Positions 24,545 through 38,465 of a stretch of 64,000 bases of DNA are shown piece by piece. Source of the DNA: Mobula hypostoma (Eukaryota); assembly GCF_963921235.1 (NCBI RefSeq), contig NC_086108.1:55368001-55432000 (forward strand), written 5' to 3'. Each line of letters starts with the position of its first letter. The first letter of the stretch is position 1. The notes beneath the pieces are model-generated. The model saw only the letters and a list, made by a program, of their open reading frames with translations, made no database searches and was not told the DNA's origin. A program made the translations under genes and the position numbers.

Positions 24545-27264
24545 GCGCAGTCAAGGTGTTTCAATTGATTGTAGTGAAAATACACCTGTATCTGGAAGGT
24601 CCAACTGCTGGTGAGTCAGTATTCTGGCAAAAACTACACCATGAAGACAAAAGGACATTCCAAACAACTCTGCAAAAACGTTATAGGAAAGCACAGGTCT
24701 GGAGATGGATACAAGAAAATTTCCAAGTCACTGAATCTGTTAAGTCAATCATCAAGAAATGGAAAGAATATGACACACCTATAAATCTGCCAAGAGAAAG
24801 CCATCTCAAAAACTGAGTGATCGTGCAAGGGGACTAGTGAGAGAGGCCAACAAGAGAGCCATAACAACTCTGGAGGAGTTACAAGCTTCAGTGATTGAGA
24901 TGGGAGAGACTGCGTATACAACTGTTGCCTGGGAGCTTCACCAGTCACAGCTTTATGGGAGAGTGGCAAAGAGAGAGCCAACGTTGAAAAAAGACTCACT
25001 TAAAATCTTGGCTAGAGTTTGCCAGAAGACACGTAGGAGACACTGAAGTCAGCTGAAAGAAGGTTCTATGGTCTGATGAAACCATAATTGAGCTCTTTGG
25101 CCATCAGAATAAACACAATGTTTTGCATAAGCTAAACACCGCACATCATCAAAAACACCCCATCCTTACCGTGAAGCATGGTGGTGGCTGCATCCCGCTG
25201 TAGGGATGCTTCACTGCAGCAGGCCCTGGAAGGCTTGTGAAGGTAGAGGATAAAATGAATGCAACAATATATACAGATATTCTGGAGGAAAACATGATGC
25301 AGCCAGCAAGAGAACTGCAACTTGGGAGAAGATTCGTTTTCCAGTAAGACAATGATCCCAAGCATAAAGCCAAAGCTAGGAATGGCTTAAAAATAAAAAA
25401 GTTAATGTCCTGAAGTGGCCATGTCAGTGTCCAGACCCAATCTAACTGGGAATTTGTGGCTGGACTTGAAAAGGCCTGTTCACTCATGATCCCCATGCAA
25501 TCTAACAGAACTTCTTCCCAATATTTTTATTAGTTTCTACATAGAAGAATACAGAGTACAAGAAAGTATATACAAGGTCAAAAAAGATTTTTTAAAAACT
25601 ACCAATTACATTATATCTATCCATAATCACAATCTTATTACCCCGTATTCATGTAAGTTAATCAAAAGTTATATTGAAATATTCTAATTTATTACAGAAA
25701 ACCCCTACCAAGACTGAAGCTGTTTATTAAGGAGAAAAAAAAGTAAAATACGTTCTCATATAACAAAAATTAATAATAGCCAACATCTGAATTTAAATAA
25801 CGAATTGAAGGTTTTGAAAGTTTTGAAAATAATTCAGAAAAGGTCCCCGCAATGTTTGAAAGTCTTGATGAAATTCAGAAATTGAACAACGAATCTTCTC
25901 TAAATCTAAGCATGACATACGTCGCATAACCATTGAGCATGAGTAGGAGGAAAAACATCTTTCCATTTAAACAAAAGCGCCCTCCTAGTTATAAGAGAGC
26001 TAAAGGCCAAAATATGTAAATCAGTTGTCTTCAACTTGATATCTTGTCTTGCAACAATATCGAATTAGGCCATCATAGGATTAGGCTTAAAATTGACTTT
26101 GAAAAGTAAAGAGAAAGTTTGAAAAACTTCCTTCCAATATTTTTCAAGACTCGGACAAGTCCAAAGCATATGAATTAATGAAGCTTCTCCATTATTACAT
26201 CTGTCACGGTAGGGAGATCTATCCAAATAAAAATGAGAAAGCTTATCTTTAATCATATGGACTATGTACCACCTTAAGTTGTATGAGGAAAGGAGGAGCA
26301 CATAGCGATGAAGTATTAACCAGTTTAAAAATTTCATTCCAAGTTTCCTCAGATATTGATGTATGTAAATCTTGTTCCCAGAGTTTCTTAATTTTGTCTA
26401 AAGGAACATTCCTCGTCTCCAGTAACATACCATAAATATTAGATATTGAACCATTATGGAAAGGTGTCAAATTAAAAATTACGTCTAGTAAGTTCTTATC
26501 TGAGCTTATAGGAAATGTGCATAATTGAGATCTTAGAAAGTCTCTGATTTTTAGATATCTAAAAAAGTGAGTTTTGGTTAAGCTATATTTAGCTGACAAT
26601 TGCTCAAATAATAAAAGATTTCCTCCAACAAACAGATCCCAAAATCACTTAATACCCAACCTGTCCCATTCTTTAAAAACTAAATCAGTCATGGAGGGTT
26701 TAAAAAAAATTAGATTCAATGAAACTTGAAAAGGAAAATCTCAATAAACCAAAATGTTTCCTAAATTGTATCCAGATCCTCAGAGTATGTTTCACTATTA
26801 AATTATCAGTTAGTTTACTTACAAATAAAGGAAGTGAGGATCCAAGAAGAGAAATAATAGAAAATTTATTAACAAAGTTAGCTTCTAAAGAAATCCAGAC
26901 CAGACAGTCTACACGATTAATATCTGGCAGAACTTGAGTAACGTGTAAAGAAGAATGAGGAAAAATTGCAATGTCCAGATGTATAAAGCTGGCAGAGACC
27001 TATCCACACAGACTCAAGCCTGTAACTGCTGCCAAAGATGCAGCAATTATTGACTTGAAGAGGGTGAATACTTATGCAATCAATTATTTTGTGTTTTATA
27101 TTTGTAATTAATTTAAGATCACTTTGTAGACATCTGCTTTCATTGACACATTTTTTTGTTGTGTCAAAAAAGTCAAATTAAATCCACTGCGATTCAATGT
27201 TGAAAAACAATAAAACATGAAAACTTCCGGGGGGGGGGGGGATGAATTCTTTTTATAGACACTG
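24545..27264 (+). mobile_element. Tc1-like transposon, decayed, left TIR missing, split by L1
   Basis: MKTK start at 24641; LWSDETIIELFG near 25065; VKHGGG; DNDPKHKAK near 25348; WPCQCPDP near 25416; right end tttatagacactg|TA. Confidence 0.92.
25514..26927 (-). mobile_element. L1-clade LINE 3' fragment with 8-bp TSD
   Basis: TSD cagaactt at 25506-25513 and 26928-26935; ORFs 26249-26599 (HFFRYLKIRDF..WEQDL) and 26065-26337 (DRCNNGEASLIHMLWTCP, zf-RVT-like). Confidence 0.9.
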
Positions 27265-28089
27265 TAACTGCTGGAGCAGAAAAATAAAAGCGAATAAAGC
27301 CCTAGTCATTATCGCCAGAGAAGGGCAACACAAAATTGGTGATGTGGTGCTTCAGATTGTAGAACCTTCATTAGATCCTTCGTTAGATCCTACCTGGAGA
27401 TTTGCATTTACTCCTGGACACCACTAATATACTGGCCTTGCAAGGAGTTCAGTACAGATCTAGTACAGTGGAACAAGCTGAAAGCGTTAAATTAATAGAA
27501 CATTTAATAAATTTCACTTTAAATTTAGATAGTAGGATGCTGATCAAACAGAAATGTTTAAAATGACAGAGTTTCAGAAGAATTGATACAGAAAACCTTT
27601 AAGAATGCAGAACAACAGTCATGACCTTAGAGTCACAAATGAGCAATAACTCAATTGAGAAAGCTTATCTGCACAGGTAATGCAGAACATCTCTGGCAAA
27701 TGCAGACTAAATTCAGCAAGATATTAGAAACTAAGCAATCTTTAATAAGAATATGAAGCGCAGAGAGGCAAATACAACTCACGGCAAGCTACCAGGTAGA
27801 ATATGATTCTGCTAGTTTATTGGATTAGAAATCCATGAAGTCTAGAGAATGATCCGGAGGCAGGACAGGAAGGAAATTTAAATACTGTATGATTAATGAA
27901 TACTGGAATGAAAAGTTAGAATCAATAAAAACCTACTGCTCAATTCTCAAAATCCTATTACAGCAATGTGACTGATTTTAAACTGTCCTCTTAAGTGGTC
28001 TTACTTGACCAAATTGTGAACTGCTAATGACAAAATATAGTATCAATTTAACTGAAATGTTCCAGTTGAGGCATTGGATTCATAAGGGA

Positions 28090-28390
28090 AACTGTGGTGC
28101 ATTGGACTATTAGCTAGAATTCTGGACCACTGGTTCAGAGATATAACCGTGAATTGCATAATGGCATCTGGTGAATTTAAATTCAAGTCATTAAATATTC
28201 AGAAATTAACAAGCTATTCATGGTAACAGCAACAATAAAACTACCGGTCATAAAAAATTAATGGGTCACTAATATCCTTCAGGGAATGATATCTATCATC
28301 CTCATACTTTCAGGTCCAGAAGCAATTCTAAACCTATCATTTTGTTGACTCTTAACTGCCTCCACCAGGTCTGGGGCAATTAGGGATTGT
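28090..28390 (+). mobile_element. Ancient decayed SINE-like repeat
   Basis: gggtcactaatatccttcagggaa..ttgactcttaactgcc..gggcaattaggga resembles, from recall, a common chondrichthyan SINE. Confidence 0.45.
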
Positions 28391-28609
28391 ATTACATAAT
28401 TTCTGTTTTAAAGTTGAGTGTTATGTTCATACGCCTACAACTACTGAGGAGATGGAAGAAAAGCTGGAACATAAAATAAACTTTTATTCAGTAAAATCAC
28501 GCATCCAAGAAACTCACCAGTGCATTCAGAGCATGACTACTTATTGTTTTCTCCCCAAGAACATTCGAGACATTGTCAAGAACAACAACCAGTGAAAATC
28601 ACTGCGGTC

Positions 28610-28955
28610 GGGTGCTTCCAATGGTGCGGCATCGGCAAGTTTGCGGCACTTGGAGGTTCATGGCAGGAAGAGTTTCTCCCTTCTACTGTCTGTGTGAGAT
28701 GATGAGGCTATCGGAACTTTGAGACTTTTTTTTACAGTGCCCATGGTCTGCTCTTTATCAAATTATGGTATTGCTTTGCACTGTTGTAACTATATGTTAT
28801 AATTATGTGGTTTTGTCAGTTTTAGTCTTGGTTTGTCCTGTATTTTCTTGTGATATCATTCTGGAGGAATGTTGTATCATTTTTTAATGCATGCATTTCC
28901 AAATGACAATAAACGAGGACTCACTGTCCTCATAATCTAATCTAATCTAATCTAA
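28610..28955 (+). mobile_element. Rex1-like 3' UTR fragment
   Basis: aataaa followed by a (taatc)n tail. Confidence 0.55.
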
Positions 28956-28959
28956 GGTG

Positions 28960-31900
28960 GTCGCAAGTGGTTGATGAGGCGACACCAGGGATGACTGTCT
29001 GTAATAACTACATAGAGCACTTTCCCCATGTGCTTGACAATCTGACCTGATACCCAGGTGTTTTAAGCATTGCAATACCCGCTACCACACTGTCGCTTCA
29101 GGTTTGAGTGACTTCACTCATTGTTGTGGCTATCTTTGTGGATCTGATCATCTGCTGTCTTGGATGTTGGATGCTGTGGCAACAGTGCATCCAACACTCT
29201 GTGCAGTTTCCTTTCCAAGAGCCTTTCCCTTAAGGGCCTGAAAGTCGTGATACAATTCGATATGTCAGCAGAAAGGTGTTCAGAGCCATGGCTGATGCTC
29301 CTTCCCCTCTAGATTTCAAAAGTTACTCTTTGAAGGTATCCACAAACATTTTGGCTTGGCCATAGGACTGTGGATGATATGGGGTGAGCGGATGTGAATA
29401 TTTCCACTGTTCTGGCAGAATGCAGCACACTGCTCTGCACTGAACAGGGTGCTTATTTCAGAAATGAGCATTTCTGGCATCCCAAAGTGGCTGAAGATCT
29501 TCGCTGTTGATTTCATAGGTAATACTTCTGGCCATTTGGAATAGGATTTAACTAGGACAAGGTAGATACCCCCACTGATTGGGACGGCAAATTGAATATG
29601 TACTCAGCTCCAAGGTCTGGTAGCCTGAGGAATGGTTGTGGATTGGCTCTCCTTGTATTTTTGCTGCCTTAGATCAGTGCATACACAGCTTATCTATGAA
29701 CGTGATACCTTTGTCTATGCCCGGCCAGTAAAAGTTTCTTGCCAGGCCTTTCATTTAATTGATGCCTGGGAGACCATGGTGGAATTGTTTCGGTACTGTT
29801 GGTCAAAGTGTTTGCGGAATCATTATTCTATCTCAAAAAATTAGGCAGGCATCCACAGTTAAGGGCAGTATATGATGTATTCCTCATACTTGATGGCCAC
29901 CTGTTAATTAGATATCTGAGATACACTGAAGAGGAGGATCTGCAGCCATTTCTGCTCTGATCTTATTGACCGTGACCGGAAAACCTTCAGCAGCATCTGG
30001 TAAACCTGGTAGACTTTGCAATCAACTGAAAATGCAGCCATAACTGCATCTTTGTTTTCAGTAACCGGCTGATTAACAAGTCTGGAGAGGGCATCTGCCT
30101 GACCAAGTTCATAGTTGATGTGTATTTGATTTCAAAAATGATAGGTTAATAGCCTCATCTTTATAGGCAGTTAGCTGTAAACACTGGGATGCCTTTCTTA
30201 AATCCAAAGACATGGTTTGTGACCAGTAAAGAGTGAAGCATCTGCCATAAAGCATCTTGTGTAATTTCTTCACAGAAAAGAGGGTTCCCAAAGCTTCTTT
30301 CTTGATTTGTCCATAGTTCTTCTTTGCTGTGATTAATAATCTGACTGTGTGCATGACAGCTTTTTCAGAACCATTAGGGAGGATATGGTATATGACAGCA
30401 CCTGCCCCAGAGTTGCATGCATCCGTTGTGACAACAATTGGCAACTTTGAGTTGAAATGCATCAAGAGAAGGTCAGTCGACAACATATTCTTCACTTGAT
30501 CAAAATCCTCACGGCATTCGTTGGACTATTTCGTCACGGCACAATTGTTGAGCAGGGCAATGAATGGCTCCCTCAGCCAGTGAATTGCTGGGAGGAATGC
30601 AGAATAATGACCTGATCATGCCCCAAAATGATTATAAGGTGCTGACATCTGATGGTGGAGGCATCTTTACAATAGCTATGATGCTCTCTTACTTTCTGTA
30701 TACCCATGACCGTGTCACCCACAGCTCCAATCAGCTAATTAAATTTGCTCATGACACTACACTGATTGGCCTAATCTCAAATAATAATGAGGCAGCCTAC
30801 AGAGAAGTCATCACCCTGACACAGTGGTGTTAAGAAAACAACCTCTCCCTCAACGTCGCAAAAACAAAGGAGCTGGTTGTAGACTACAGGAGAAATGAAG
30901 ACAGGCTAACCCCTATAGACATCAATGGATTTGGGGTTGAGGGTGAACCGCTTTAAGTTCCTCAGCATAAACATCACCGAGGATCTCATGTGGTCTGTAC
31001 ATCCCGGCTGTGCGGTGAAAAGGGCACAACATCACCTCTTTCACCTCAGACAGTTGAAGTATGGTATGGCCCCCCCAAATTCTAAGAACTTTCCATAGGG
31101 GCACGGTTGAGGCCATCCTGACTGGCTGCATCACTGCCTGGTATGGGAACTGTACTTCCCTCAATCATAGGATTCTGCAGAGAGTGGTACGGACAGCCCA
31201 GCACATCTGTAGATATGAATTTCCCACTATTCAGGACATTTACAAAGACAGGTGTGTAAAAGGGGCCCGAAGGTTCATTGGAGACCCGAGTCACCCCAAC
31301 CACAAAGTGTTCCAGCTGCTACCATCCGGGAGACAATACAGCAGCATAAAAGCCAGGACCAACAGGCTCCGGGACAGCTTCTTCCACCAGGCCATCAGAC
31401 TGATTAATTCATGCTGATGCAATTGTATTTCTATGTTAGATTGACTGCCCTGTTGTACATAATATTTAGTATAAATTACTATAATTGTACATTGCACATT
31501 TGAACGGAGACATAACAGAAAGATCTTTACTCCTTGTGTATATGAAGGCTGTAAGTAATGAAGTCAATTCAATTCAAAGCTTTCAGGAGCTGGGTGAGAA
31601 CCATGCTTATCTATGATGAACCCCAGATACTTGGAGGCCATCAGGAAGCTACATTTTTCTGGCCAAAGTTGCAATCAAAAATCTTGTAGTTTGCTCAAAC
31701 ATGGCCTAGTCATTACCACAGTTCTGTCTGATCTGTGCCCATCGTAATGATATTGTCAAAGTAAGCAGCAACGCTGTCAATACCAATCAGTGTGGTTTCC
31801 ATCAGCTGTTGGGAAATTGAAGGAGCTGTTTTTACCACTAAAGGCAGATGGAGGAAGGAAAACAACCCTTAGGCGTTGTAATGGTAAGAAGCATTTGTGA

Positions 31901-32460
31901 ATTTTTGCCACCTCTACCTGGAGATAGACTTCAGCCAAGTTCAACTTTGTAAAGAAACACCCTCCATTCAATTTTGTGAAGAGATCTGCTGGTACCAGTA
32001 TTGGGTATTGGTGTCTCCTGTGCCACACTGAGACCAGATGAGAAGTCTGCACGCAACCTCACTGTACCATTGGCTTTCTCGATGATGGCTATTAGAACTT
32101 CTGAACATGAACAGTTAACAGTTTTGATCACACCACTTTGCTTCAGGTGATCTAGCTCTTTCTCCATAAGAAAAGGAAATAAGAAATTGGAAAGGCTGCA
32201 CATGGCACTGGTCCCTCAGGACGGAAGACCGAAAGAGATGGAGTACTGCTTGCTGTTTTGTGCAGCGATCTGGACCATCTTGAAACACTGCTGCATAGTT
32301 CTGTTATAGTTATTGTTGTATGGACTCGTGTACTGTGCGGCATGGTGCCGACAGACATGATTTGAAAGGCCAATGTCTTCGTACTGACCTCATCCAGGGG
32401 GAGACTCCAGAGATTAAGCCTATCCATCAAGTCAATGGCAAAGATGTTCAGATCTGTTGC
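28960..32460 (-). mobile_element. Ty3/Gypsy LTR-retrotransposon pol remnant (PR-RT-RNase H-IN)
   Basis: RT (ORFs 31931-32203, 31777-32052: FTKLNLAEVYLQVEV), RNase H (30109-30495: VTTDACNSGAGAVI..KNYGQIKKEALG), integrase (29316-29516: IFSHFGMPEMLISE) in Gypsy order. Confidence 0.88.
30680..31577 (+). mobile_element. Rex1/Babar 3' fragment nested in Gypsy
   Basis: LYTHD..IKFAHDTTLIGLI; ORF 31061-31417 (ILTGCITAWYGNC..FQLLPSGRQY..RLRDSFF); (aattc)n tail. Confidence 0.92.
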
Positions 32461-32464
32461 CTAG

Positions 32465-32600
32465 TGAGCTAGCCCCATCTGCTCATATCTAGCCCATAGC
32501 CCCCTAACCCTCTTCTATCCATAAACTCATTTAGGTGGCTTTTAAATATTGCCAATGTGCCCACCTCAACCGTTATTTCTGGCAGTACTTTTTTCCTTTG
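32465..32600 (-). mobile_element. CR1 3' fragment
   Basis: LPEITVEVGTLAIFKSHLNEFMD in ORF 32469-32708. Confidence 0.7.
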
Positions 32601-33598
32601 GATGAAGGAAGGATCTTTGTTGTATATCACAAGAAGCGGCAGAAGAAGAAACACTCTAGACCTTGTTCTCATCAGTCTATCTGTTGCAGATATGTTGACC
32701 CATAACAATAACTGATAGGAGTGACCAAATTGTATGGTGCAGCCACTACACTAAATGAGATTGGTTCAGAATACATCTCACTTCTTAAAGGTGGGAATCT
32801 GATAAGTCCTGCGCATCCTTGGGAGTAATGTAATTACATTCAGTCTGGGAAATGAACCAGGTATTCTTAAGTGGAGATGCCAACTTACGTGTGCTTACAT
32901 ACACGATCACATACACTCTAAACCAAAGAAGCAGCTTGTTCTAAACAATGTGAGATAATTCCACAACTAATTGAACACAACAACCTACTGTTAACTTGGC
33001 AAATCAATTTGTCAACGTTGGGCAGTGAAAAATTTATTGAGTAATACAAAGAACTAGTCACAAACAACCTGCTCAGTCTGGGTTCCACCACGGACTCGTG
33101 GCTCCAGATTTCATCCCTGCCTTGTTCCAATTTGACCACAGAAATGAATTACTGAGACAAGCTAAGACCTTTTGTATCAAGATACTATTACAGGCAGCTT
33201 GAGAAAAATTAGGTCAATAGCAATAAGGGGAAGAATTCCCACTAGCTGATATTGCATCCAACACAGATCAAGAAGCTTGCGGTTATCAGAGACCAATTAC
33301 CTCATCCATACAAGGTGTGAAAGCCAATTACATCCACAACTAGCAGAACAACTATCAGATGAAAGTGACCAAAGCGGAAGAGCACCGCACTATCTCACTA
33401 TCTACACAACACCATCACCGAAGATGCTTCCCAAACAATTATCCAAGGCTCAATCATCAGATTTTATCAATAACCTTCACTCCACCTTAACAATCAGGTG
33501 AGGATTTTGCTATTTATTAGGAATGAGGAATAAATGATAATATGATTATTTTTAAAAAATGTTAAGGAAAAGTAAATAAGTGACTGACCTCTGTGACA

Positions 33599-33870
33599 GT
33601 CAAAATCAAAGTCTGCCCCGAGCCTTTTGCAGCCCATCAGGCCGGTGCTTATGCCGGTTTCTGTGGCATGAAGTGACTGAGAGTATGAGACTCCCCCCGG
33701 ATAGGACGCCAGTCTATCTCAAGGTTAACCCCTAGCATTTTGCCGGTACCCATTTTCAGCTGGGTGGAGTAGTGTGTGGTTAAGTGCCTTGCTCAAAGAC
33801 ACAACACGCTCGAACCCATGACCTTCAGATCGTGAGCCCAACGCCCTAACCACTTGGCCACATGCCACAA
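33599..33870 (-). mobile_element. tRNA-derived SINE with 9-bp TSD
   Basis: Minus strand starts ggcatgTGGCCAAGTGGttagg..GGTTCGAGC (Pol III A and B boxes); TSD tctgtgaca at 33590-33598 and 33871-33879. Confidence 0.9.
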
Positions 33871-34459
33871 TCTGTGACACGGGGCAGAATTTAAAGATTG
33901 CAATCTCATGGTTTTGAACTTGATTCAAGATCCAATTCTTTTAAAACTCTGGTTTACCTACATCATCTTTCCAATACCGTTTGCTGTTACATGAAGCAAT
34001 TCTGGGGTCTAGATAATTTAAAAAAAGAAACCAAAACTTTCCAATAAAAGCAACAGTTCTACTTGGAGTGCAAAATGCAAATTATTTTCATTGACATTCA
34101 ATTTAAGAAAGCCAAATTACATTTATTTGTTCAGCGTTATATTTTAACTTTAATGCTTATGAATTTAACCAAAATATTTTAAATGGAGTATTATTTTAGA
34201 TACTCAATAGCAATGTTGACAGAGATGCGATGGGACAGACAGGGAGCGAACTTGGTGACTCACCGTATTTCTAAGTGCAGGAAAGGCTAACAAAAGGTGC
34301 TGCCAGAATTGAATGACTACTATTATTAAGTTAGAAAAGCTAGTGCTGTTTTTTTTCCAAAAGAGAAATCAAAGATGGCCAAAGTAATTATTAAGTGGTT
34401 TTCTAAGGCAGAGTTTGCTATATTTGCCAATTAAACAAAAAAAGCATGGTAAATAAACA

Positions 34460-36845
34460 ATAAGCACAAGAAAATCTGCAGATGCTGGAAATCTAAAGCC
34501 ACACACACAAAATACTAGAGGAACACAGGTGGTCAGGCAGCATCTATGGAAATTAATAGATAGTCAATGTTTCGGGTCAAGACCCTTCTTCAGGAATGAG
34601 AAGGAAGGGGGAAGATACCAGAATAAAAAGGTGAGGGGGAGGGGAAGGAAGAGAGCTAGAAGACGCTATGTGAAGCCTGATGGTTAGGAAAGGAAAATGG
34701 CTGGAGAGAAAGGAATCTGATAGGAGAGAAAAGTGGACTACAGGAGAAAGAAAAAGAGGAGAGGAATAGAGGAAAGAGGGTGGGAGGAAAATTTGTTTAC
34801 CGGAAGGAGAAATCAATATTCATGCCATCAGGCTGGAGGCTACCCAGACAGAATAGAAGCTGTTGCTCCTCCATCCTGAGGGAGGCCTCATCTAGGCACG
34901 CGAGCAGACAGCTCAGAAAGGGAATGAGAATCAGAATTTAAATGTTTGGCCATCAGGAAGTCCCGCTTGTAACAGATGGTGTGAAGGTGTTCGACAAAGC
35001 GGTCCCCTAATTTACAATGGGTCTTACCAATGTAGAGAAGGCATTGGGAGCACCGGACACAATAGACCAGCCCAGCAGATTCACAGGTGAAGTGCTGCCT
35101 TGCCTGGAAGTAATGTTTGGGGTCCTGGATGGAGGTGAGGGAGGAGGTGAATGGACAGGTATAGCACTTAGGCTGCTTGCAGGGAGAAGTGCTGGGAGGA
35201 AGATTAGTGGGAAGGGACGAATGGACAAAGGAATCGCAGAAATGGGGGCAGCGGCAAATGAAGATGGCGGAAGGCATGAAGGAAAATGTATTGGATACAG
35301 AGGCTCATGGAGTGGTAGGTAAGGACAAGAAGAACTATCACTGTTGAGGCAGTGGGAAGGTGGGGTGAAAGTAAATGACCGGGAAATGGAGATTTGGGTA
35401 AAGGCAACATCAATGGTAGAGGGAAGGATACCCCATTCTTTAAAGGATGAGGACATCTCTAATGTCCTGGAGTGAAAGGCCATGTCCTGAGAACAGATAC
35501 AGCAGAGGTGAATAAACTGAGAAAAGGGAATAGCACTTTTACAGGAGATAAGGTGGGATGAGGTATTGCCGAGATAGCCGTGGGAATCAGTAGGGTTATA
35601 GAAGATGTTGGTTAACAGTTTGTCTCCAGAGATGGAGATAGAGAGAGATCAAGAAGGGGATCAAGTGAATTTAAGGGCAGGGTGAAAGTTAGAGGCAAAG
35701 TGGATAAAATTGATGAGGTCAGCATGAAGCAGTGCCAACACAGTTGTCAATGTAGCAGAGGAAGAGCTGGGGAGTATTACCAGGGAAGGTGCCAAACATG
35801 GATGGTTCTACGTAGCCAATGCAGAAGCAGGCGTAGCTGGGGCCCATGTGAGTGCCCATCACTACCCCTCAAACTTGGAGAAAGTGGGAGGAGCTAAAGG
35901 TAATATTCTTCAGAGCGAGGACCAGGTCTGCCAGACAGAGGAGGGTGTTGGGGTGGGGAATTGGTTGGTTCTTTCATCAAGAAAGAGGTAGAGAGGTTTG
36001 AGGCCTTCTCGATAGGGCATAGAAGTGTATAGGGACTGAATATCCATGGTGAAGATGAGGCAGTCAGGGTCAGGGAATTGAAGGTTACTGAGGAGATTGA
36101 GGGCATACAAAGTATCACTGATATATGTGGGATGGGACTGAAGCAAGGAGGCTAGAATGGAATCGAGATATGAAAACACTAGTTTAATGGGGCAGGAGCA
36201 AGCAGAGACCCAAAGAGTCTGGTTTGTGGATCTTGGGTAGGAGGTAGAAGGTGTTGTAAGGAAACTATGAGTTTTGTGGCAGTGGTTGGGAGATCTCCAG
36301 TGTGGATGAGGTTAGTGGTGAAAGAGGTTTATGATGGTCTGGAGTGGGATCCTCTTTGAGGGCTAAGTATCTTGAGAGTTGCCACCTCACCAAGGTAGAG
36401 GTCAGTGTGCCACACTACAACAGCACCCTGTTTGTCTGTGGGTTTGATGACAAGGTTGAAATTGCTGCAGAAAGAGTGAAGGACAATACGTTCAGAGGGA
36501 GCAAGGTTGGGGGAGGAGAGAGAAGTTTTGAAGTCGAGACAGTTGATGTCTCGTTGATAATTTGAAATGAAGAAGAAGATCTTTTCATTTCATTCAGTGT
36601 CCAAGAAGAGAAAGAGGGTTGAAGACAGGAGAAAGGATTATTAGCATGGGATGTAGAATCCTTGCCAAAGTGTACTCGGAAACTGAGGAGATGAGAGAAG
36701 AACAGACGCAGAACTCAGAGTTGCAGGCAAAGGGAATCAAAGGTGAAGCCCTTTCTGAGGAGAGAACATTCTGCCTCAGAGAGGGGCAGGTTGGAGGGAA
36801 CGGTGAAAACCCGGCAAGGATTAATGCTGGGATCAGGCGGGGTAC
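34460..36845 (-). mobile_element. Long Penelope-like element (RT, Cys-rich linker, GIY-YIG, terminal repeat), decayed
   Basis: ORF 35910-36179 (IFTMDIQSLYTSMP), ORF 34888-35277 (CKQPKCYTC..YCVRCSQCLLYIGKT); terminal repeat 34460-34790. Confidence 0.92.
34562..34597 (-). ncRNA. Hammerhead ribozyme motif, partly degenerate
   Basis: Minus strand reads attc CTGAAGA a GGGTC tt GACCC GAAAC att gact. Confidence 0.7.
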
Positions 36846-37981
36846 ATAACAATTTGGAATTCAGACAGAACTTAAAAATGTGTAACTCATTACCAAGCAG
36901 ATTCATTGAAGTGAGCTGCACAAGTGTTTTGAAAGGGAAGCTAGATTATGATGGATAAAGGAATAATGTTGGTCATGATTAAATTATAAAAGGTGGGAGG
37001 AAGCTCCAGCGGAGAATAAACACATTTCCAATTCAATGAGGCAGAGCTGCTTGCTCCATCATTTCTCATGTAATCTATCACTATGACATCACTCTATTAG
37101 GTTTTCTTTGTTACTTGTCACAACACAGCTAACATAACATGTAATAATTTCTCCTGTCATCCCTACATACCCGTTTTTAACCACATCAATGACAAAAGCA
37201 GCTGCCAACTATTCATAACCAGGAGATGACTGATGCAAGGATAAATTCAGAAAGTTAGCTTGGAGCCGGGAACAGCAATGCACAGTTGACTTCAAACAAA
37301 AGAAGCTGGTGGGGGTTACTGGGGTCGAAGTGCAGCAAAACAGTCATTCATTGATGCGCCAATGTTTTCTGATACTAGATAAGGAGGGCAATCGCATCAA
37401 GCATCTTATCCGGTTGACCTATTACAAATCCTATAGGATTTTTAAACTTTGGAAGAACCAAGAGCATTTGCTGGGAAAGCCAGAGTTCAATGCTCATTCC
37501 AAACTGCCCTTGAAGTACAGCAAGTTTCCTTTTATCACTGTAGCCTGGGCTGGCTATACTGCCATCAATCTGTAAGGGAAGGTACACGAGCTCAAGGATG
37601 AGCCTGAAGAGTAATGCATTTACAAGAACAGAATGCACTCAATTTCAAATGGAAACTTATGGCTGTTGCATCCCAGTGAGTGCAGAAATTTCCACCACAC
37701 TTCAGACTTCTGTCATTAGGTGATGAAAAAAACATTTTGCTGAGGCAAGACTAAGTACCATGCCTGTGATTTCCTCTTGCATCCCCAAGTATTTATGTGA
37801 CTAATACCGTGAAGCTTCTTGCCACTGGTAAAATCACACAACCACTTCACGTGACCACCTCATTCCCACGATATTGATGTTGAAGATTGAAATAGACTAC
37901 CACTTACACAACAAAAAGTTATTTTGTACAATACAGCTCAGATTTGAACTGTAATTTTTTGTCTCTGGCTAGTTCTTGTTG

Positions 37982-38465
37982 CAGACATCCCACCCTGCAA
38001 AAACTCATTTCAGGGAGGTAGCACCATCAATTTGCGGGAGACTTCCGGGAGAGGTGGGATGTCTGCAATAGAGTAGCTCCTTAGCAGCTGGCCAGCGAGT
38101 TTAAATAATGTTAGCTAAGCTAATGAATGAATGACACCTGTTAAACTCACCTCAACATGTCTTTTACAGTCTTAACCCACCATGGGCAATAGAAAAGTCA
38201 CTGTTGCAAACAGTGCAGCGAGCAACACTGTCATTATTTTGACCCCTATTAGGCAGCGGTACACTTTAGTGTAGTCTGGGGTGATGTACGTTTTATTTTT
38301 TTTTGGAACACTCTGCCATGGCGCGCTCACGCTCTCTCTCGCTTGCTTTCTCTCTCGCTCTCAAAAAATTGATTTCTGTGATATTGTATATAATTTGTGG
38401 GCATCAGGGAGCCACTATTAATATGTGGGATGCTTCCGGAACTTCCGGGAGAGGTGGGATGTCTG
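37982..38465. mobile_element. MITE with 13-bp TIR and 6-bp TSD
   Basis: TIR CAGACATCCCACC / GGTGGGATGTCTG; ttgttg at 37976-37981 and 38466-38471; the right end is duplicated internally at 38041-38065. Confidence 0.9.

Noticed and set aside
33800..33866. tRNA gene (also at 41786 and 61663)
   Set aside because: A and B boxes are present but there is no complete cloverleaf; each continues into a SINE body or tail.
37375..37638. Minus-strand ORF with a good splice acceptor (ttcccttacag at about 37570) as a host exon
   Set aside because: No recognisable protein, no convincing donor or neighbouring exons; the plus strand has an FNAH motif suggesting an old LINE endonuclease remnant.
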